A DNA stretch of 64,000 nt, taken from an uncultured delta proteobacterium (GTDB lineage: Bacteria; Myxococcota; B64-G9). The notes beneath the pieces were generated by a model. It searched no databases, was not told the DNA's origin, and saw only the letters and a list, made by a program, of their open reading frames with translations. Shown piece after piece: positions 1 to 10,473 of the stretch. The position numbers and the translations under genes are program-made. Each line of letters begins with the position of its first letter. Position 1 is the first letter of the stretch. The stretch lies in assembly GCA_963754925.1 (NCBI GenBank), contig CAVWHX010000001.1, positions 128,001 through 192,000 of the forward strand, read 5' to 3'.

Positions 1-966
1 CATGGTTTGAAAATCGGTCGGTGTAAGCGACTGAGCGCCGTCACAACAGGCCGTATCGGGGTCCGGGTGCACCTCGACTATTACGCCGTCGGCTCCGGCG
101 GCTATCCCAGCCCGCGCCATGGGTATCACGTGATCCCGTATGCCGGTCGCGTGGCTGGGGTCGACGATGATGGGTAAGTGGGTGACCTTGCGCAGCACCG
201 GGATGGCCGAAACATCCATGGTGTTGCGCGTCCAGGGCTCGAAGGTTCGAATCCCGCGCTCGCAGAGAACTACCTGGGAATTGCCCCCCGCGACGATGTA
301 CTCCGCCGCCATCAGCAGCTCCTCAAGGGTCGCCGAAATGCCCCGTTTGAGCAGTATCGGCTTGCGCGACGCCCCCAGCCTGGCCAACAGGCGGAAGTTT
401 TGCATATTGCGAGCGCCGACTTGGAGCATGTCCGCGTACTGCTCAACCAGCTCAACGTCATTGGTATCGATGACTTCGGTAACGCAGGGCATATGCTGCT
501 CATCCGCGGCTTCGCGCAAAAAACGCAGCCCTTCCTCGCCTAAGCCCTGGAAAGCGTAGGGGCTGGTTCGCGGCTTGAACGCGCCGCCCCTTAATATTTG
601 CGCGCCGGCGGCCCTGACCGCCGCGGCGCCAGCGCGGACCTGCTCGCGGCTTTCGACCGCGCACGGGCCAGCGATGACGACGATCTCGCCGCCGCCGATT
701 TGAACCCCGCCGACATTGACGATACTGCCTTCCGGACGAAATGCACGGTTGACCAGTTTGAACGGCCGCGCGATCCGAATCACCTCGCGAACACCCGGGA
801 GAATCTCAAGGTCGCGGGGATCCACCTCGCGTTGCGGCGCCCCCACGGCGCCTAAGACCACTTGCTGTTCGCCGGATCGGTAGACTTTGTAGCCGTAAGA
901 ACTGAGGCGCTCCTCAACCTGGGCGACGTGTTCGGGCGCTGCACCGATCTGCATGACGACAATCAT
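1..966 (-). CDS. aroF: 3-deoxy-7-phosphoheptulonate (DAHP) synthase, type I-beta with N-terminal regulatory domain; runs off the left edge
   Basis: Not in ORF track; hand translation MIVVMQIGA...IAGPCAVES...RGGAFKPRTSPYAFQGLG...QVGARNMQNF...LLKRG...LCERGIRTFE...VDPSHATG...EVHPDP...DGAQSL; GGAGG RBS at about 972-976. Confidence 0.95.
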   Translation of the reverse strand, partial: MIVVMQIGAAPEHVAQVEERLSSYGYKVYRSGEQQVVLGAVGAPQREVDPRDLEILPGVREVIRIARPFKLVNRAFRPEGSIVNVGGVQIGGGEIVVIAGPCAVESREQVRAGAAAVRAAGAQILRGGAFKPRTSPYAFQGLGEEGLRFLREAADEQHMPCVTEVIDTNDVELVEQYADMLQVGARNMQNFRLLARLGASRKPILLKRGISATLEELLMAAEYIVAGGNSQVVLCERGIRTFEPWTRNTMDVSAIPVLRKVTHLPIIVDPSHATGIRDHVIPMARAGIAAGADGVIVEVHPDPDTACCDGAQSLTPTDFQTM

Positions 967-1003
967 CACGGCCTCCGTGGGTGAGAAACCTTGGCTAACG
1001 ATG

Positions 1004-1109
1004 TGCGTTGGGTGACGCCGAGCAGGGGGCCCCCCGCCGGCGCGGAATCATCGCGTTGATTGCGATGATGAGCACCGCCGGGGGATGCAAGGCGGCAGGA
1101 CCCAACGCA
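1004..1109. repeat. Hairpin (REP/MITE-like) element, family A copy 1
   Basis: Terminal inverted repeats TGCGTTGGGT/ACCCAACGCA; 38-bp core identical to the reverse complement of 3279-3316. Confidence 0.8.
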
Positions 1110-1161
1110 TTCCAGTAAAGCCATCCGAAATTCAAACGCCTCCATTCCAACGATTCGTTTT

Positions 1162-1977
1162 CTAATGTTCATTTCGTGTCGCCGCTTTCATCGACGTTAT
1201 AAAATCTTTCAGAGCGGGTAGTAAAGCCTTAATGTCGGAAGCGTGCTTTTCAATAATCTGAACCACCGCCGAGCCGCAAATTGCACCGGCGGCGCCGGAC
1301 TTAAGCACGTTGCGAACCTGATCCGGTGTCGAGATGCCAAACCCAATCAGGCAGGGGGGGGCGCCATAGTTCAGAAGCTTTGAGATGAACTCGGTGTGCT
1401 CGGTATGCACCGCCCGGTCGCTTCCGGTGACGCCGGTTCTCGTCACCACATAGGTGTACCCCCTCGAGAGTCGAGCGATTTCCTTGAGGTGCCGATCGCT
1501 GCAGTTCGGAGTAGCAATGAGTACCGAGTCGATGCCGTGGCGTTTGGCGCAGTCGGCATACGGCGGTGCTTCAACGGTGGGAACATCGGCCACCAATACC
1601 GAATCGATCCCCACCGCGGCGGCCTTTGCATAAAAGGCGTCGTGGCCCGATACCTCGACCAGGTTGGCGTACACCAAAAGGCCGATCGGCAAACGCGGAA
1701 AGCGCCCTCTGACGGCGCCCAGAATTTCCCAGGCGTCCTTAATGCGCACCTGCGAGGAAAGCGCGCGCATATCCGCCTTTTGAATGGTCGGTCCGTCGGC
1801 GACCGGATCGGAGAACGGAAAGCCGACTTCGAGCGCATCGGCGCCTTCTTTGGCCAGGGTCAGGAAAATCTCCAAACTGGCGGCCGGATCGGGGTCGCCG
1901 GCCACGGAGAACGGCACGAAAGCGCCCTCGTGGCGTTCCACGAGTGCGCCGAACATGGTTGCATAGCGGTCGGTCAT
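1162..1977 (-). CDS. trpA: Tryptophan synthase alpha subunit
   Basis: EGAFVPF, LEVGFPFSDPVADGPTIQ, GYTYVVTRTGVTG, GFGIS motifs. Confidence 0.98.
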   Translation of the reverse strand: MTDRYATMFGALVERHEGAFVPFSVAGDPDPAASLEIFLTLAKEGADALEVGFPFSDPVADGPTIQKADMRALSSQVRIKDAWEILGAVRGRFPRLPIGLLVYANLVEVSGHDAFYAKAAAVGIDSVLVADVPTVEAPPYADCAKRHGIDSVLIATPNCSDRHLKEIARLSRGYTYVVTRTGVTGSDRAVHTEHTEFISKLLNYGAPPCLIGFGISTPDQVRNVLKSGAAGAICGSAVVQIIEKHASDIKALLPALKDFITSMKAATRNEH

Positions 1978-1995
1978 GGCGGTCCTCTCTTCGAA

Positions 1996-3159
1996 TCATG
2001 TACCCAAAACATGCGTCAGGTCCTTGTCGCCGCGGCCGGAAAGGTTGACCACGATAACGAGTTCTCGCTGTGCAGATTCGGCCATCCGAACCGCGTACGC
2101 GACCGCATGGGCCGATTCCAGGGCCGGAATGATGCCCTCGATCCGCGCGAGCTGTTTGAAGGCCGTAAGTGCCTCCCGGTCCGTGACCCCGACATAGGTG
2201 GCTCGACCGGTGGATTTCAAGTACGCGTGTTCCGGCCCGACGCCGGGATAGTCCAGCCCGGCCGAAATCGAATGGCTTTCAACGATTTGTCCGTCCGCAT
2301 CTTGCAAAACGTAGCTGCGCGCGCCGTGCAGGATGCCGATGCTTCCTTTTTGCAGGCTGGCGCCGTGCTCATTGGTGTCGAGCCCTTTGCCTGCCGCCTC
2401 AACGCCGATGAGCTTGACCTCGCCGTCGGGTATAAAATCGCTGAATATGCCGATCGCGTTGGATCCGCCGCCGACACACGCCACGACACAATCCGGCAGA
2501 CGCTTCTCGGCGGCGAGAATCTGTTCTCGAGCCTCCGTGCCGATGACGCGTTGAAACTCTCTGACCATCAACGGAAACGGGTGGGGTCCGGCCACCGTTC
2601 CCAACAGATAGTGGGTGTGCTCAAAATTCGCCGCCCAATCGCGCAGCGCCTCGTTGATGGCATCTTTCAGGGTTTGCGATCCCGTCTCGACCGGAATGAC
2701 CTTGGCGCCCAGCAGCTCCATCCGAAAGACGTTCATGCGCTGGCGCTGGATGTCCAAGGTGCCCATGTAGATGCAGGTCTCCATCCCCAGGAGGGCGCCG
2801 ACTATCGCGGTGGCGACGCCGTGCTGGCCGGCGCCGGTTTCGGCGATCAACCTGGTTTTGCCGGCTTTCTTCGCCAACAATCCCTGGCCCAAGACCTGAT
2901 TGGTTTTATGGGCGCCGCCGTGAACGAGGTCCTCGCGCTTGAGGTAGATGCGTGCCGGGGTGCCGGCACAAAGATTTCGACAGCGATAGAGCGGGGTAGG
3001 CCGACCGGCAAACGTGTGCAATAGATCATTCAATTCACGTTGAAATACTTCATCATGTTGGGCATCGAGGAACGCGGCCTCTAATTCCTCGAGCGCCGGC
3101 AGCAAAATCTGCGGCACATAAACCCCGCCAAATTCTCCAAAACGTCCGCTTTTTCTCAT
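1996..3159 (-). CDS. trpB: Tryptophan synthase beta subunit
   Basis: [14 protein letters not shown] (PLP Lys), [35 protein letters not shown]. Confidence 0.98.
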   Translation of the reverse strand: MRKSGRFGEFGGVYVPQILLPALEELEAAFLDAQHDEVFQRELNDLLHTFAGRPTPLYRCRNLCAGTPARIYLKREDLVHGGAHKTNQVLGQGLLAKKAGKTRLIAETGAGQHGVATAIVGALLGMETCIYMGTLDIQRQRMNVFRMELLGAKVIPVETGSQTLKDAINEALRDWAANFEHTHYLLGTVAGPHPFPLMVREFQRVIGTEAREQILAAEKRLPDCVVACVGGGSNAIGIFSDFIPDGEVKLIGVEAAGKGLDTNEHGASLQKGSIGILHGARSYVLQDADGQIVESHSISAGLDYPGVGPEHAYLKSTGRATYVGVTDREALTAFKQLARIEGIIPALESAHAVAYAVRMAESAQRELVIVVNLSGRGDKDLTHVLGT

Positions 3160-3181
3160 GAGTAACCTCTATTTCATGATT

Positions 3182-3322
3182 CGCGCCGGGTCCTGACGCC
3201 TCACATCCTTAGAGACTGTTAGGGAACGAAGTGAGCTTACAGTCTCTTATCCTGTGTGGCCCGGCGGTGCTCACTTCGTTCCGCGCCGGCGGGGGGCCCC
3301 CTGCTCGGCGTCACCCGGCGCG
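3182..3322. repeat. Hairpin element family A copy 2 (inverted relative to copy 1), carrying a nested family B hairpin at 3210-3248
   Basis: Terminal inverted repeats CGCGCCGGGT/ACCCGGCGCG; core shared with 1010-1047; nested hairpin flanked by ATCCT direct repeats. Confidence 0.8.
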
Positions 3323-4707
3323 TACGAATCTCTACTTCGCCTTGTTCCTCTTAGTGCAGCGAAAAAATCCATTAATAGTTTTGGATCTTTTCTTCCCGGA
3401 AAATGTTCTACACCAGAGTTAACATCCAGCGCCCAGGCACCCAGGGCGTCAGCTTCGGCCGCATTTGACGGATTCAAGCCACCGGCCAGGATGACATCAG
3501 CGCGCTGCGGGTACGAGCGCAGCAGGTTCCAATCGAAACTTTTGCCAGTGCCTCCAGAGCGGCCTTTCTCGTAGGCATCGAGAAGCAAGCGGTCGGCGCC
3601 GATCTCTTCCTTGGTCGGAATCGAATCTCGCACTCGACACGCCTTCCAAAGGGCGCACTCCGGCGGAAGGATTTGCCGAAGTCTCCGTATCGTTTCGGTG
3701 TTGTCGTTGCCATGAAGTTGCACGGCGCCGAGATTGTGCTCGTGAGCCATGCCGGCAACCACCTCGGCATCTTCATCGACAAACACCCCCACCCATTGGA
3801 GCGGGGCGGCCTTCCGAATCGTATGCGCTTGCTCGCGACTGACACAGCGGGGCGACTCCCGGGCGAATATGAGGCCTCCCCACGTTGCGCCGGCTTGCAA
3901 CGCGGCTTGCGCATCTTCAGGAGTCGTCAAACCGCAGGTCTTTACTCGCCCAAAAACAAGTTCCCGGGCGGCTCTTCCGATAACCGGGCTCTTCATCAGA
4001 GAACTGCCCACCAAAAAACCATCCACCAACGGTCGGAGGCGCAGCACATCCTGATGGTTGTTGATGCCCGATTCGCTTACCATCATCACGTCTTTCGGTA
4101 CCTTCGGAGCAAGCTGCTCGGTAACCTCGAGGTTGACTTCCAATGTTTTGAGATTGCGGTTATTGATCCCAAGCAACGGTACGCGATGTTTGAGCGCGCG
4201 TTCGAGCTCGAAGTGATCATGAACTTCAACCAGGGTATCCATGGAAAGACGACGCGCGACCCGAAGGCATTCGTCCAAAGTCCGATCGTCCAGCACCGAA
4301 AGCATTAATAACAGGGCATCAGCACCGTAGCGCCTGGCTTCATAAACCTGGTAGGGATCGACGACGAAATCCTTGCACAGTACGGGCAGCCGGGTGGCTT
4401 CTCTGACGACCTTGATGTATTCAAGTCGTCCTTTAAAGAAGGGTTCGTCGGTAACTACTGAGATTGCATCTGCAACAGCCGAGTATTCGGCGGTAATGGC
4501 GGCGGGATCAAAAGCGCCACGCAGCAGACCGTGGGAAGGCGAGGCCTGTTTGCACTCCATGATGAATCCGCACCGGGACTTTTGCAGCGCAGCACGCAGG
4601 CTGCGATTGCTCGGCGTGAGAGTTTGGATGAAGGTTTCTAACGGGGTCTCGCGCTTACGCTGTTCGACGGCCGGTCTTTTTGCGGCGATTATGCGCTCAA
4701 GCGCCAC
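3271..4707 (-). CDS. trpCF: Bifunctional indole-3-glycerol-phosphate synthase / phosphoribosylanthranilate isomerase
   Basis: IMECKQASPSHG, LCKDF, GINNRNL, SESGI followed by VKTCGLT, VQLHG, GGTGKSFDW, LAGGL, DVNSGVE; GTG start at 4707 behind GGAG; C-terminal tail is read from the repeat. Confidence 0.95.
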   Translation of the reverse strand: MALERIIAAKRPAVEQRKRETPLETFIQTLTPSNRSLRAALQKSRCGFIMECKQASPSHGLLRGAFDPAAITAEYSAVADAISVVTDEPFFKGRLEYIKVVREATRLPVLCKDFVVDPYQVYEARRYGADALLLMLSVLDDRTLDECLRVARRLSMDTLVEVHDHFELERALKHRVPLLGINNRNLKTLEVNLEVTEQLAPKVPKDVMMVSESGINNHQDVLRLRPLVDGFLVGSSLMKSPVIGRAARELVFGRVKTCGLTTPEDAQAALQAGATWGGLIFARESPRCVSREQAHTIRKAAPLQWVGVFVDEDAEVVAGMAHEHNLGAVQLHGNDNTETIRRLRQILPPECALWKACRVRDSIPTKEEIGADRLLLDAYEKGRSGGTGKSFDWNLLRSYPQRADVILAGGLNPSNAAEADALGAWALDVNSGVEHFPGRKDPKLLMDFFAALRGTRRSRDSYAPGDAEQGAPRRRGTK

Positions 4708-5707
4708 GGCTACACTCCGCAAAGCGGCGCAGCCGTTCGGCTGCCCGGCCGGAATGAATAATTTCGTCGGCTTGCACTACCCCGGCTTTGAAGTTAGGAG
4801 CCTTGTCAGCTATCCACAACAGGGCGCCGGCATTGAGCGCCACCGCCTGGGTATGCGCCCGGCTGCCGCGTCCGGCGAGCACCGCGAAAAGCCATTGGGC
4901 GTTTTCTTCGGCGCCGCCGCCGCGGATCTCGTCGATAGTAATCCGTTCCAGGCCGGCATGTTCGGGTTCAATGACTAATTCTTCCACCCGGCCGGTGCGT
5001 AACAGCGCGACTTGAGTCGGCCCATGGGGAGCTATCTCGTCGATGCCCGATCCGTGAACCACGAGCGCGCTCTCGCAGCCAAGCAAGCCGAGGGTTCTGG
5101 CCAACGGAACACACAGGCTCGGATCATACACGCCGACTATTTGCCAACGGGGTCGTGCGGGGTTTGCGAGGGGGCCAAGGAGATTGAAAATCGTGCGTAC
5201 CCCCAACGCCCGGCGAACCGGCATGGCATGACGCATGCCGGTGTGGTACTGGGGCGCAAACAGAAAACAAATGCCGACTTCCTTGAGCGTTCGGGTGGCG
5301 ACCTCTGGTCCGCCTTCGATCTGGACCCCGCACTTTTCCAAAACATCCGCTGAACCGCACATTGATGAAACGCAACGATTTCCATGCTTGGCGATGGCTA
5401 ACCCGGCTTCGGCCGCGACCAACGCCGCCGCCGTGGAAATATTGACCGTGCCCGCGCCGTCTCCGCCGGTGCCGCAGGTGTCGGCGACGGATAGGTCGCC
5501 TTTGTTGACGGGCACGGCGTTCTTGACCAGGGCCTCGGCCGCGCCGGCGATTTCTTCCGGCGTCTCACCTTTGGATTTAAGGGCTACGAGCACCGCGCAG
5601 ATTTCAAGCTGGCTGAGCTCGCCCCGTACAATCCGGGCGAACAGTGCCAAACTCTCTTGACGGGAGAGGCTTTTTCCAGAACAGAGAGTATCTAAAATCT
5701 TACGCAT
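4697..5707 (-). CDS. trpD: Anthranilate phosphoribosyltransferase
   Basis: DTCGTGGDG, NIST, KHGNR, GSADVLE, RTIFNLLGPLANP. Confidence 0.97.
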   Translation of the reverse strand: MRKILDTLCSGKSLSRQESLALFARIVRGELSQLEICAVLVALKSKGETPEEIAGAAEALVKNAVPVNKGDLSVADTCGTGGDGAGTVNISTAAALVAAEAGLAIAKHGNRCVSSMCGSADVLEKCGVQIEGGPEVATRTLKEVGICFLFAPQYHTGMRHAMPVRRALGVRTIFNLLGPLANPARPRWQIVGVYDPSLCVPLARTLGLLGCESALVVHGSGIDEIAPHGPTQVALLRTGRVEELVIEPEHAGLERITIDEIRGGGAEENAQWLFAVLAGRGSRAHTQAVALNAGALLWIADKAPNFKAGVVQADEIIHSGRAAERLRRFAECSRGA

Positions 5708-6317
5708 GCTGCCGGCTCCTGGTATCTCGTTCGCAAGCCCAGCTAATAATCTTCTCGATCAGAATTCCGCCCTGCGGCGTGAGAATCGACTCTGGGTGAA
5801 ACTGAAGCCCAATGATGGGATGCTGTTGGTGCTCCACCCCCATGACGACATTTCCGGTGCGGGCCATGACCCGCAACGAGTCGGGGAGGGTGGCCGCGGC
5901 CAGAGAATGATAGCGGGCCGCCGCCATCGGAGAATCAAGTCCGGCAAAGATCCCGTGGCCGTCGTGTTCGATCAACGCTGATTTACCATGAACCACCTCG
6001 CCGGCGTAGGACACCCTGCCGCCCAGAGCTTCGACAATCACCTGGTGACCGAGGCACACGCCGAAGATCGGGATCTTCCCCGCCAGAGTACGCACGAGAT
6101 CGATACAGCAACCTGCCTCGGCAGGACTCCCCGGACCCGGGGACATGACGATCAAAGCCGGCGGCGGCAAGGCCAAGGCAAGTTCCGAAACCCGCGCGGG
6201 AGTCAAATCGTTTCTCCACACGTCGACCTGGCATCCGCGTTTTCGAAATTCGTCTACCAGGTTGAAGCTGAAGGAATCGAAATTGTCGATAAAGAATACG
6301 GTTGGCCGAGCGATCAT
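5700..6317 (-). CDS. trpG: Anthranilate synthase component II (glutamine amidotransferase)
   Basis: IDNFDSFSFNL, SPGPG, GVCLGHQ, RYHSL, QFHPES. Confidence 0.97.
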   Translation of the reverse strand: MIARPTVFFIDNFDSFSFNLVDEFRKRGCQVDVWRNDLTPARVSELALALPPPALIVMSPGPGSPAEAGCCIDLVRTLAGKIPIFGVCLGHQVIVEALGGRVSYAGEVVHGKSALIEHDGHGIFAGLDSPMAAARYHSLAAATLPDSLRVMARTGNVVMGVEHQQHPIIGLQFHPESILTPQGGILIEKIISWACERDTRSRQHA

Positions 6318-7909
6318 GGTTCACCTCGTTGCGTATCCGCAATGGCTTGCAAAACAGCGCCGGCCTTTCGCCTCGTCTCGGAGGCCTCGGACATAGGATC
6401 GGAGTCATAGACAATCCCGGCCCCGGCCCGCACGTTGGCAATTCCGTCGCGGACCACCGCGGACCGAATAATGATGCTCGTATCCATTCGCCCATCCATG
6501 GTGAAATAACCGATAGCCCCTCCGTAGGGCCCTCGTCGGTTTAGTTCAAAACGCCGCAGGAGCTCGGCGGCTTTTATCTTGGGCGCACCGGTTAATGTTC
6601 CCATGTTCATGGTGGCCACGTAGGCTCCCAGGGCGTCGAGATCGGGACGCAGCACGCCGCTTACGTGTGACACGAGATGCATGACGTGCGAGTAACGTTC
6701 GACGCCGAGCAGTCGGTCAACCCGGCGGGTTCCCGGCTGGCTCACCCGCGCCACATCATTGCGTGCGAGATCCACGAGCATCATGTGTTCGGCGACTTCC
6801 TTTTCGTTGGTTCTCAGCTCGGCTTCCAATCGGCCGTCCAGGTCTTCGTCCGGGCTGCCGTCCGTGTGGCGCCCGCGGTGGCGGGTCCCGGCTATCGGCC
6901 GAATCTCGACCCTCAGCGGCTTTCCATCGACCTTGACTGCGGTCTCGGGCGAAGCGCCAAACAGAATGCCCAAATCGCTATTGACAAAAAACATATAAGG
7001 GCTTGGGTTGAGTTCCCGGAGCCGGCGATAGGCTTCGACGGGTTGTGAACACGCGGTCGAAAAGGTGCGCGATGGCACGATTTGAAAAACATCGCCGGCG
7101 ATAATGTGTTGCTTACATTTTTCGACGACGGCGGCGTACTCCTCATCCGACAAATCAGTCGGGGAGTCCTTTTTGAGGGGTAAGCAAACCGGTGTGGTGG
7201 GCCGTACCGGTTCATTGACGGTTGATTGTGCGGCATTTGCCATGCGGACCATGGCTTCGGTAGCTTCGTGGTAGACAGCGGAGGCGTGATCGCCGCCAAA
7301 AATGTGCGCCACCATGCTGGCATTACGCAATGTATGGTTGACCCAGATCATTTGATCCGGCAACCAAAACTCGTAATCCGGCCACCCCAGCGGATCGTTT
7401 TGATTCGGAGGCAGCGATTCATACACTTCTAAAAAGTCGTAGGCAAATACGCCCACGATAAGAGGGCCGAGAGAGGATTTGCCGGATACCAAACGGTGAC
7501 CTTGGACCATGGCGCGGAGCACATCGACGGGCGATGGCGCCCGAAGCCGCATTTCTTCATTACCTACCGGATGTGGAGGATAGCGAACATTCAGACAATC
7601 GCCTGAAATCGTTACGTCAGCCTGGGTCTTAAGAATATTCGCTAGAAACGAAAGCAAGCTCGCACCGTTGGGATTGAGGGCACACACCTCGACATCTCGG
7701 CCACGGCAACGGGCCCGCAGGGCGCATCGGGTCACGAGCAGGCTTTTTTCGCTTTTTTTGCTGATTATCTCCCCGGATTCAAGAAAGATCGTATCGTGCC
7801 GTAAGCCCCCATCGGTGAGTCTGACAAAAAGATCGAGCGGATCGGGGCACTGGTCCACGGACCTCACTATCGGCAGAACCTCACCGCGTTTTGGTTGCTG
7901 AAGGTTCAT
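6314..7909 (-). CDS. trpE: Anthranilate synthase component I
   Basis: [64 protein letters not shown]. Confidence 0.97.
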   Translation of the reverse strand: MNLQQPKRGEVLPIVRSVDQCPDPLDLFVRLTDGGLRHDTIFLESGEIISKKSEKSLLVTRCALRARCRGRDVEVCALNPNGASLLSFLANILKTQADVTISGDCLNVRYPPHPVGNEEMRLRAPSPVDVLRAMVQGHRLVSGKSSLGPLIVGVFAYDFLEVYESLPPNQNDPLGWPDYEFWLPDQMIWVNHTLRNASMVAHIFGGDHASAVYHEATEAMVRMANAAQSTVNEPVRPTTPVCLPLKKDSPTDLSDEEYAAVVEKCKQHIIAGDVFQIVPSRTFSTACSQPVEAYRRLRELNPSPYMFFVNSDLGILFGASPETAVKVDGKPLRVEIRPIAGTRHRGRHTDGSPDEDLDGRLEAELRTNEKEVAEHMMLVDLARNDVARVSQPGTRRVDRLLGVERYSHVMHLVSHVSGVLRPDLDALGAYVATMNMGTLTGAPKIKAAELLRRFELNRRGPYGGAIGYFTMDGRMDTSIIIRSAVVRDGIANVRAGAGIVYDSDPMSEASETRRKAGAVLQAIADTQRGEP

Positions 7910-9358
7910 GGAAGAAACTCCCGCAGCTCTTCAACATCGAACTGCTGTCCGGTAATAAATCTCATCTGTTCGGCGCCTTGATACACCCACATTTCCTGGG
8001 CCGCTATGGTTGTCGCTCCTTCTTGTGCCGCCCGCATAAGTAGCCGGGAAGGGCCGTTGCCGAGCGCCAGATCGAACACGATGTCTCTGCCGATGGGTTG
8101 GTCCGACGGCCAGGGATCCTCATCGCCGCCAAGCATAGTGGTGTTGATGAGAATCGAGGCCTGTACGGCGGCGCGTTGTTCCCACGGCACAAACGAAATA
8201 TCCGCGCCCATGGCCAGGGCGCATTCCTTGCTTATCGAGCTCACGACGTACGGCAAGCCGAGAGATAAACAGGCTAAACGAGCGGCCCGGGCGGCCCCGC
8301 CGTCTCCTAACAGCAGAACTTTTCGTGAATTCGTCTTTACTCTTGTTCCATAGCGGCTTTCTATTGCCTGCCGCAAGGGTCCGGCGACGCCCTCGATGTC
8401 GGTATTGGTGGCCAGGACTTCCGTCCCGGTAAAGCGCAGGGTATTGGCGACGCCAGCCTCATTGGCTTTTTGGTCAGGGTGGCCAAACTGAAATGCTGCA
8501 GCCTTGTGCGGCATAGTGACGCTGACACCGAGCGCACCGAGCTCTTTCAGCAAGGCAAAGGTCGCCTCGGGCCGCTTGGTGATAGCGAGCAGATAGCTGT
8601 AGTCGAGCCCGCGCGATCGAAAGAGGCGATTGTATACTTTCGGTCCCGGTGAATGGATAATCTGCGGACCTCCCACGAGCGCCATAAACGGCTTGGCCGC
8701 AGATTCCGGTAGGCCGAGCTCGAGCGCTTGATTGAGAGAAAGCTGTCCGGGAGCAGTCGCATCGGTATCCTCCGCAAACACGTAGGTCCACAGCGACCCG
8801 AACTGGGGATACCGGGCGCGGCACACCGTGCCCGCAAGGCCCATGGCGACAAGCACGAGCGGACGCCCGAGAGCGCGAGATGTTTGCAGCAACAGGGAGC
8901 AATCGGCGGCATCATCGACGGTTACGGCCACTTTTAACCACAGCGGTGCCGCGTTCAGACATTTCTTTAAGTTTAGTGCCTAACTCATCGGGAATGCATT
9001 TGAAATCGTGCCATGAAAGAATCTGCTTGGTCCCGCCCTGGCGCGACAGCTGTTTTAGCCTGCTATCGGGCACATCTGCTTCAACGTCTAGGTAGGCGAC
9101 CCCGGTCCTAGCGGCACGATCGAGAATTTGCAGCCGGTCTTCTTCGGAATCTTTAAACCACCCTCCCTGACGCTCCGGCCTGCAACACACGATCAAATCC
9201 TTTGGAAACTCATGCAGAATTGAAAAGGTATCGTCATTTATATGCGTTAGTGCGTCAAGCCGCACCTCTTGCAGGCAGTCTTTGACACGCGCCTTGGTGC
9301 GCTCGATGCGCTGCTTGAGCGATTGATTAGAGGTTTCTTTTCCGGTTACGCAGAGCAT
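7906..9358 (-). CDS. aroDE: Bifunctional type I 3-dehydroquinate dehydratase / shikimate dehydrogenase, split by a 1-nt frameshift at about 8932 (ORFs 8912-9358 and 7906-8931)
   Basis: AroD motifs EVRLD, CRPERQGG, YLDVE, LSWHDF, VVK/VAV, AMG..G...R; AroE motifs SVTMPHK, NTDIEG, LLGDGGAARA, MWVYQG; removing one A from GTTAAAAGTG fuses them. Confidence 0.88.
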
Positions 9359-9371
9359 TACGGTTGCTCAC

Positions 9372-10451
9372 TCAAACGGGTTTCTCGAACGCTTGTTGAA
9401 TTATCGAAAGCGGGACCGGCATGGCCCAGGTTCCTCCGGCTTCGTTCATCAGGCCGATTCTTGTCGGTAGAGAAAAATATACATCTCCACCTCGTGTTTT
9501 CTTATCAACCTTCAAGTAATCCTTTATGTTGAAAAACTCATATGAGGACTGGATCGGCAGGCGTAAATCGGCAAGCAGCGCGATTAGTCGCTGCCTCTCG
9601 GCATCGGGAAATCCGCACAGCTTGACCGCGATTTTCGCTTCAACCACCATGCCCAGGGCGACCGCCGAACCGTGAGCCAGGCTGAAGCTCGAAGCTTTTT
9701 CCAGGGAGTGGCCTATCGTATGTCCAAAATTTAGGATTTGGCGATACCCGCGCTCGCGCTCGTCAAGCGAGACAACCTCGGCCTTGATCTGCACGCAGCG
9801 GGCGATGAGGGGTTCCGGAAGAATCTTCTCGTTGCGCTTTGCAAATGCCTCGATGCCGCTAAACAGTTCGGCATCGGCAATGACGGCGTGCTTTACCGCT
9901 TCGGCGTACCCGTTTCGCATTTCATCTTCGGGCAGAGATTTCAGCGCCGGGATATCAATAAGCACAAAATGCGGCTGGTGAAAAGCGCCGATGAGATTTT
10001 TGCCGTGCTGGGTATTGACGCCGGTTTTTCCTCCAATGGCCGCATCTACCTGAGCAAGCAAACTCGTTGCAATGTATACACTATCCACGCCCCGCAGGTA
10101 GGTTGCGGCGACATATCCGGCAACGTCGAGCGCGATGCCGCCGCCTACCGCCACCACCACGGCGAAGCGATCGATACCGTGCTCCAGCATTGCATTTTCA
10201 AGAAGCTCCTTGGTCGCGCGGGTTTTGTGTTCTTCCCCGGCAGGGAACGAAAGCATGAGAACCTTTTTGGCCACGCAGTTGAGCGCTTGGGTAATCGATG
10301 CGCCGAACAACGCCACGGTGTTTGAATCGCCAATCACCACCGCCTGTTGCCACCGCGGCAGCCACCGTTTTTCGAGCGTTTCGAGAACGTCTTCCCCGGC
10401 CAGGACGGGATAGTTCCGTTCGCTCGTTTTGACTTCAATAATTGATCGCAT
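9372..10451 (-). CDS. aroB: 3-dehydroquinate synthase
   Basis: GEEHKT, AVGGGIALDVAGYVAATYLRG, TSLLAQVDAAIGGKTGVN, LNFGHTIGHSLE, HGSAVALG, DKK; ATG 10451 with GGGAG RBS. Confidence 0.97.
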   Translation of the reverse strand: MRSIIEVKTSERNYPVLAGEDVLETLEKRWLPRWQQAVVIGDSNTVALFGASITQALNCVAKKVLMLSFPAGEEHKTRATKELLENAMLEHGIDRFAVVVAVGGGIALDVAGYVAATYLRGVDSVYIATSLLAQVDAAIGGKTGVNTQHGKNLIGAFHQPHFVLIDIPALKSLPEDEMRNGYAEAVKHAVIADAELFSGIEAFAKRNEKILPEPLIARCVQIKAEVVSLDERERGYRQILNFGHTIGHSLEKASSFSLAHGSAVALGMVVEAKIAVKLCGFPDAERQRLIALLADLRLPIQSSYEFFNIKDYLKVDKKTRGGDVYFSLPTRIGLMNEAGGTWAMPVPLSIIQQAFEKPV

Positions 10452-10473
10452 CGCGTTCTCCCTAACACAAGCC

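Noticed and set aside
966..1172. 68-aa minus-strand ORF overlapping the trpA end and the aroF start (TGATG)
   Set aside because: Mostly encoded by the family A hairpin, no recognisable motif, and aroF has its own GGAGG RBS; probably fortuitous.
1396..3024. 542-aa plus-strand ORF and similar long antisense ORFs (140-559, 52370-53215, 61917-63080)
   Set aside because: Shadow frames opposite well-supported GC-rich genes (trpBA, aroF, GH57, EF-G).
8925..8940. Programmed ribosomal frameshift in aroDE
   Set aside because: Requires +1 with no recognised stimulatory signal; the same kind of indel recurs across the window, so error is more likely.
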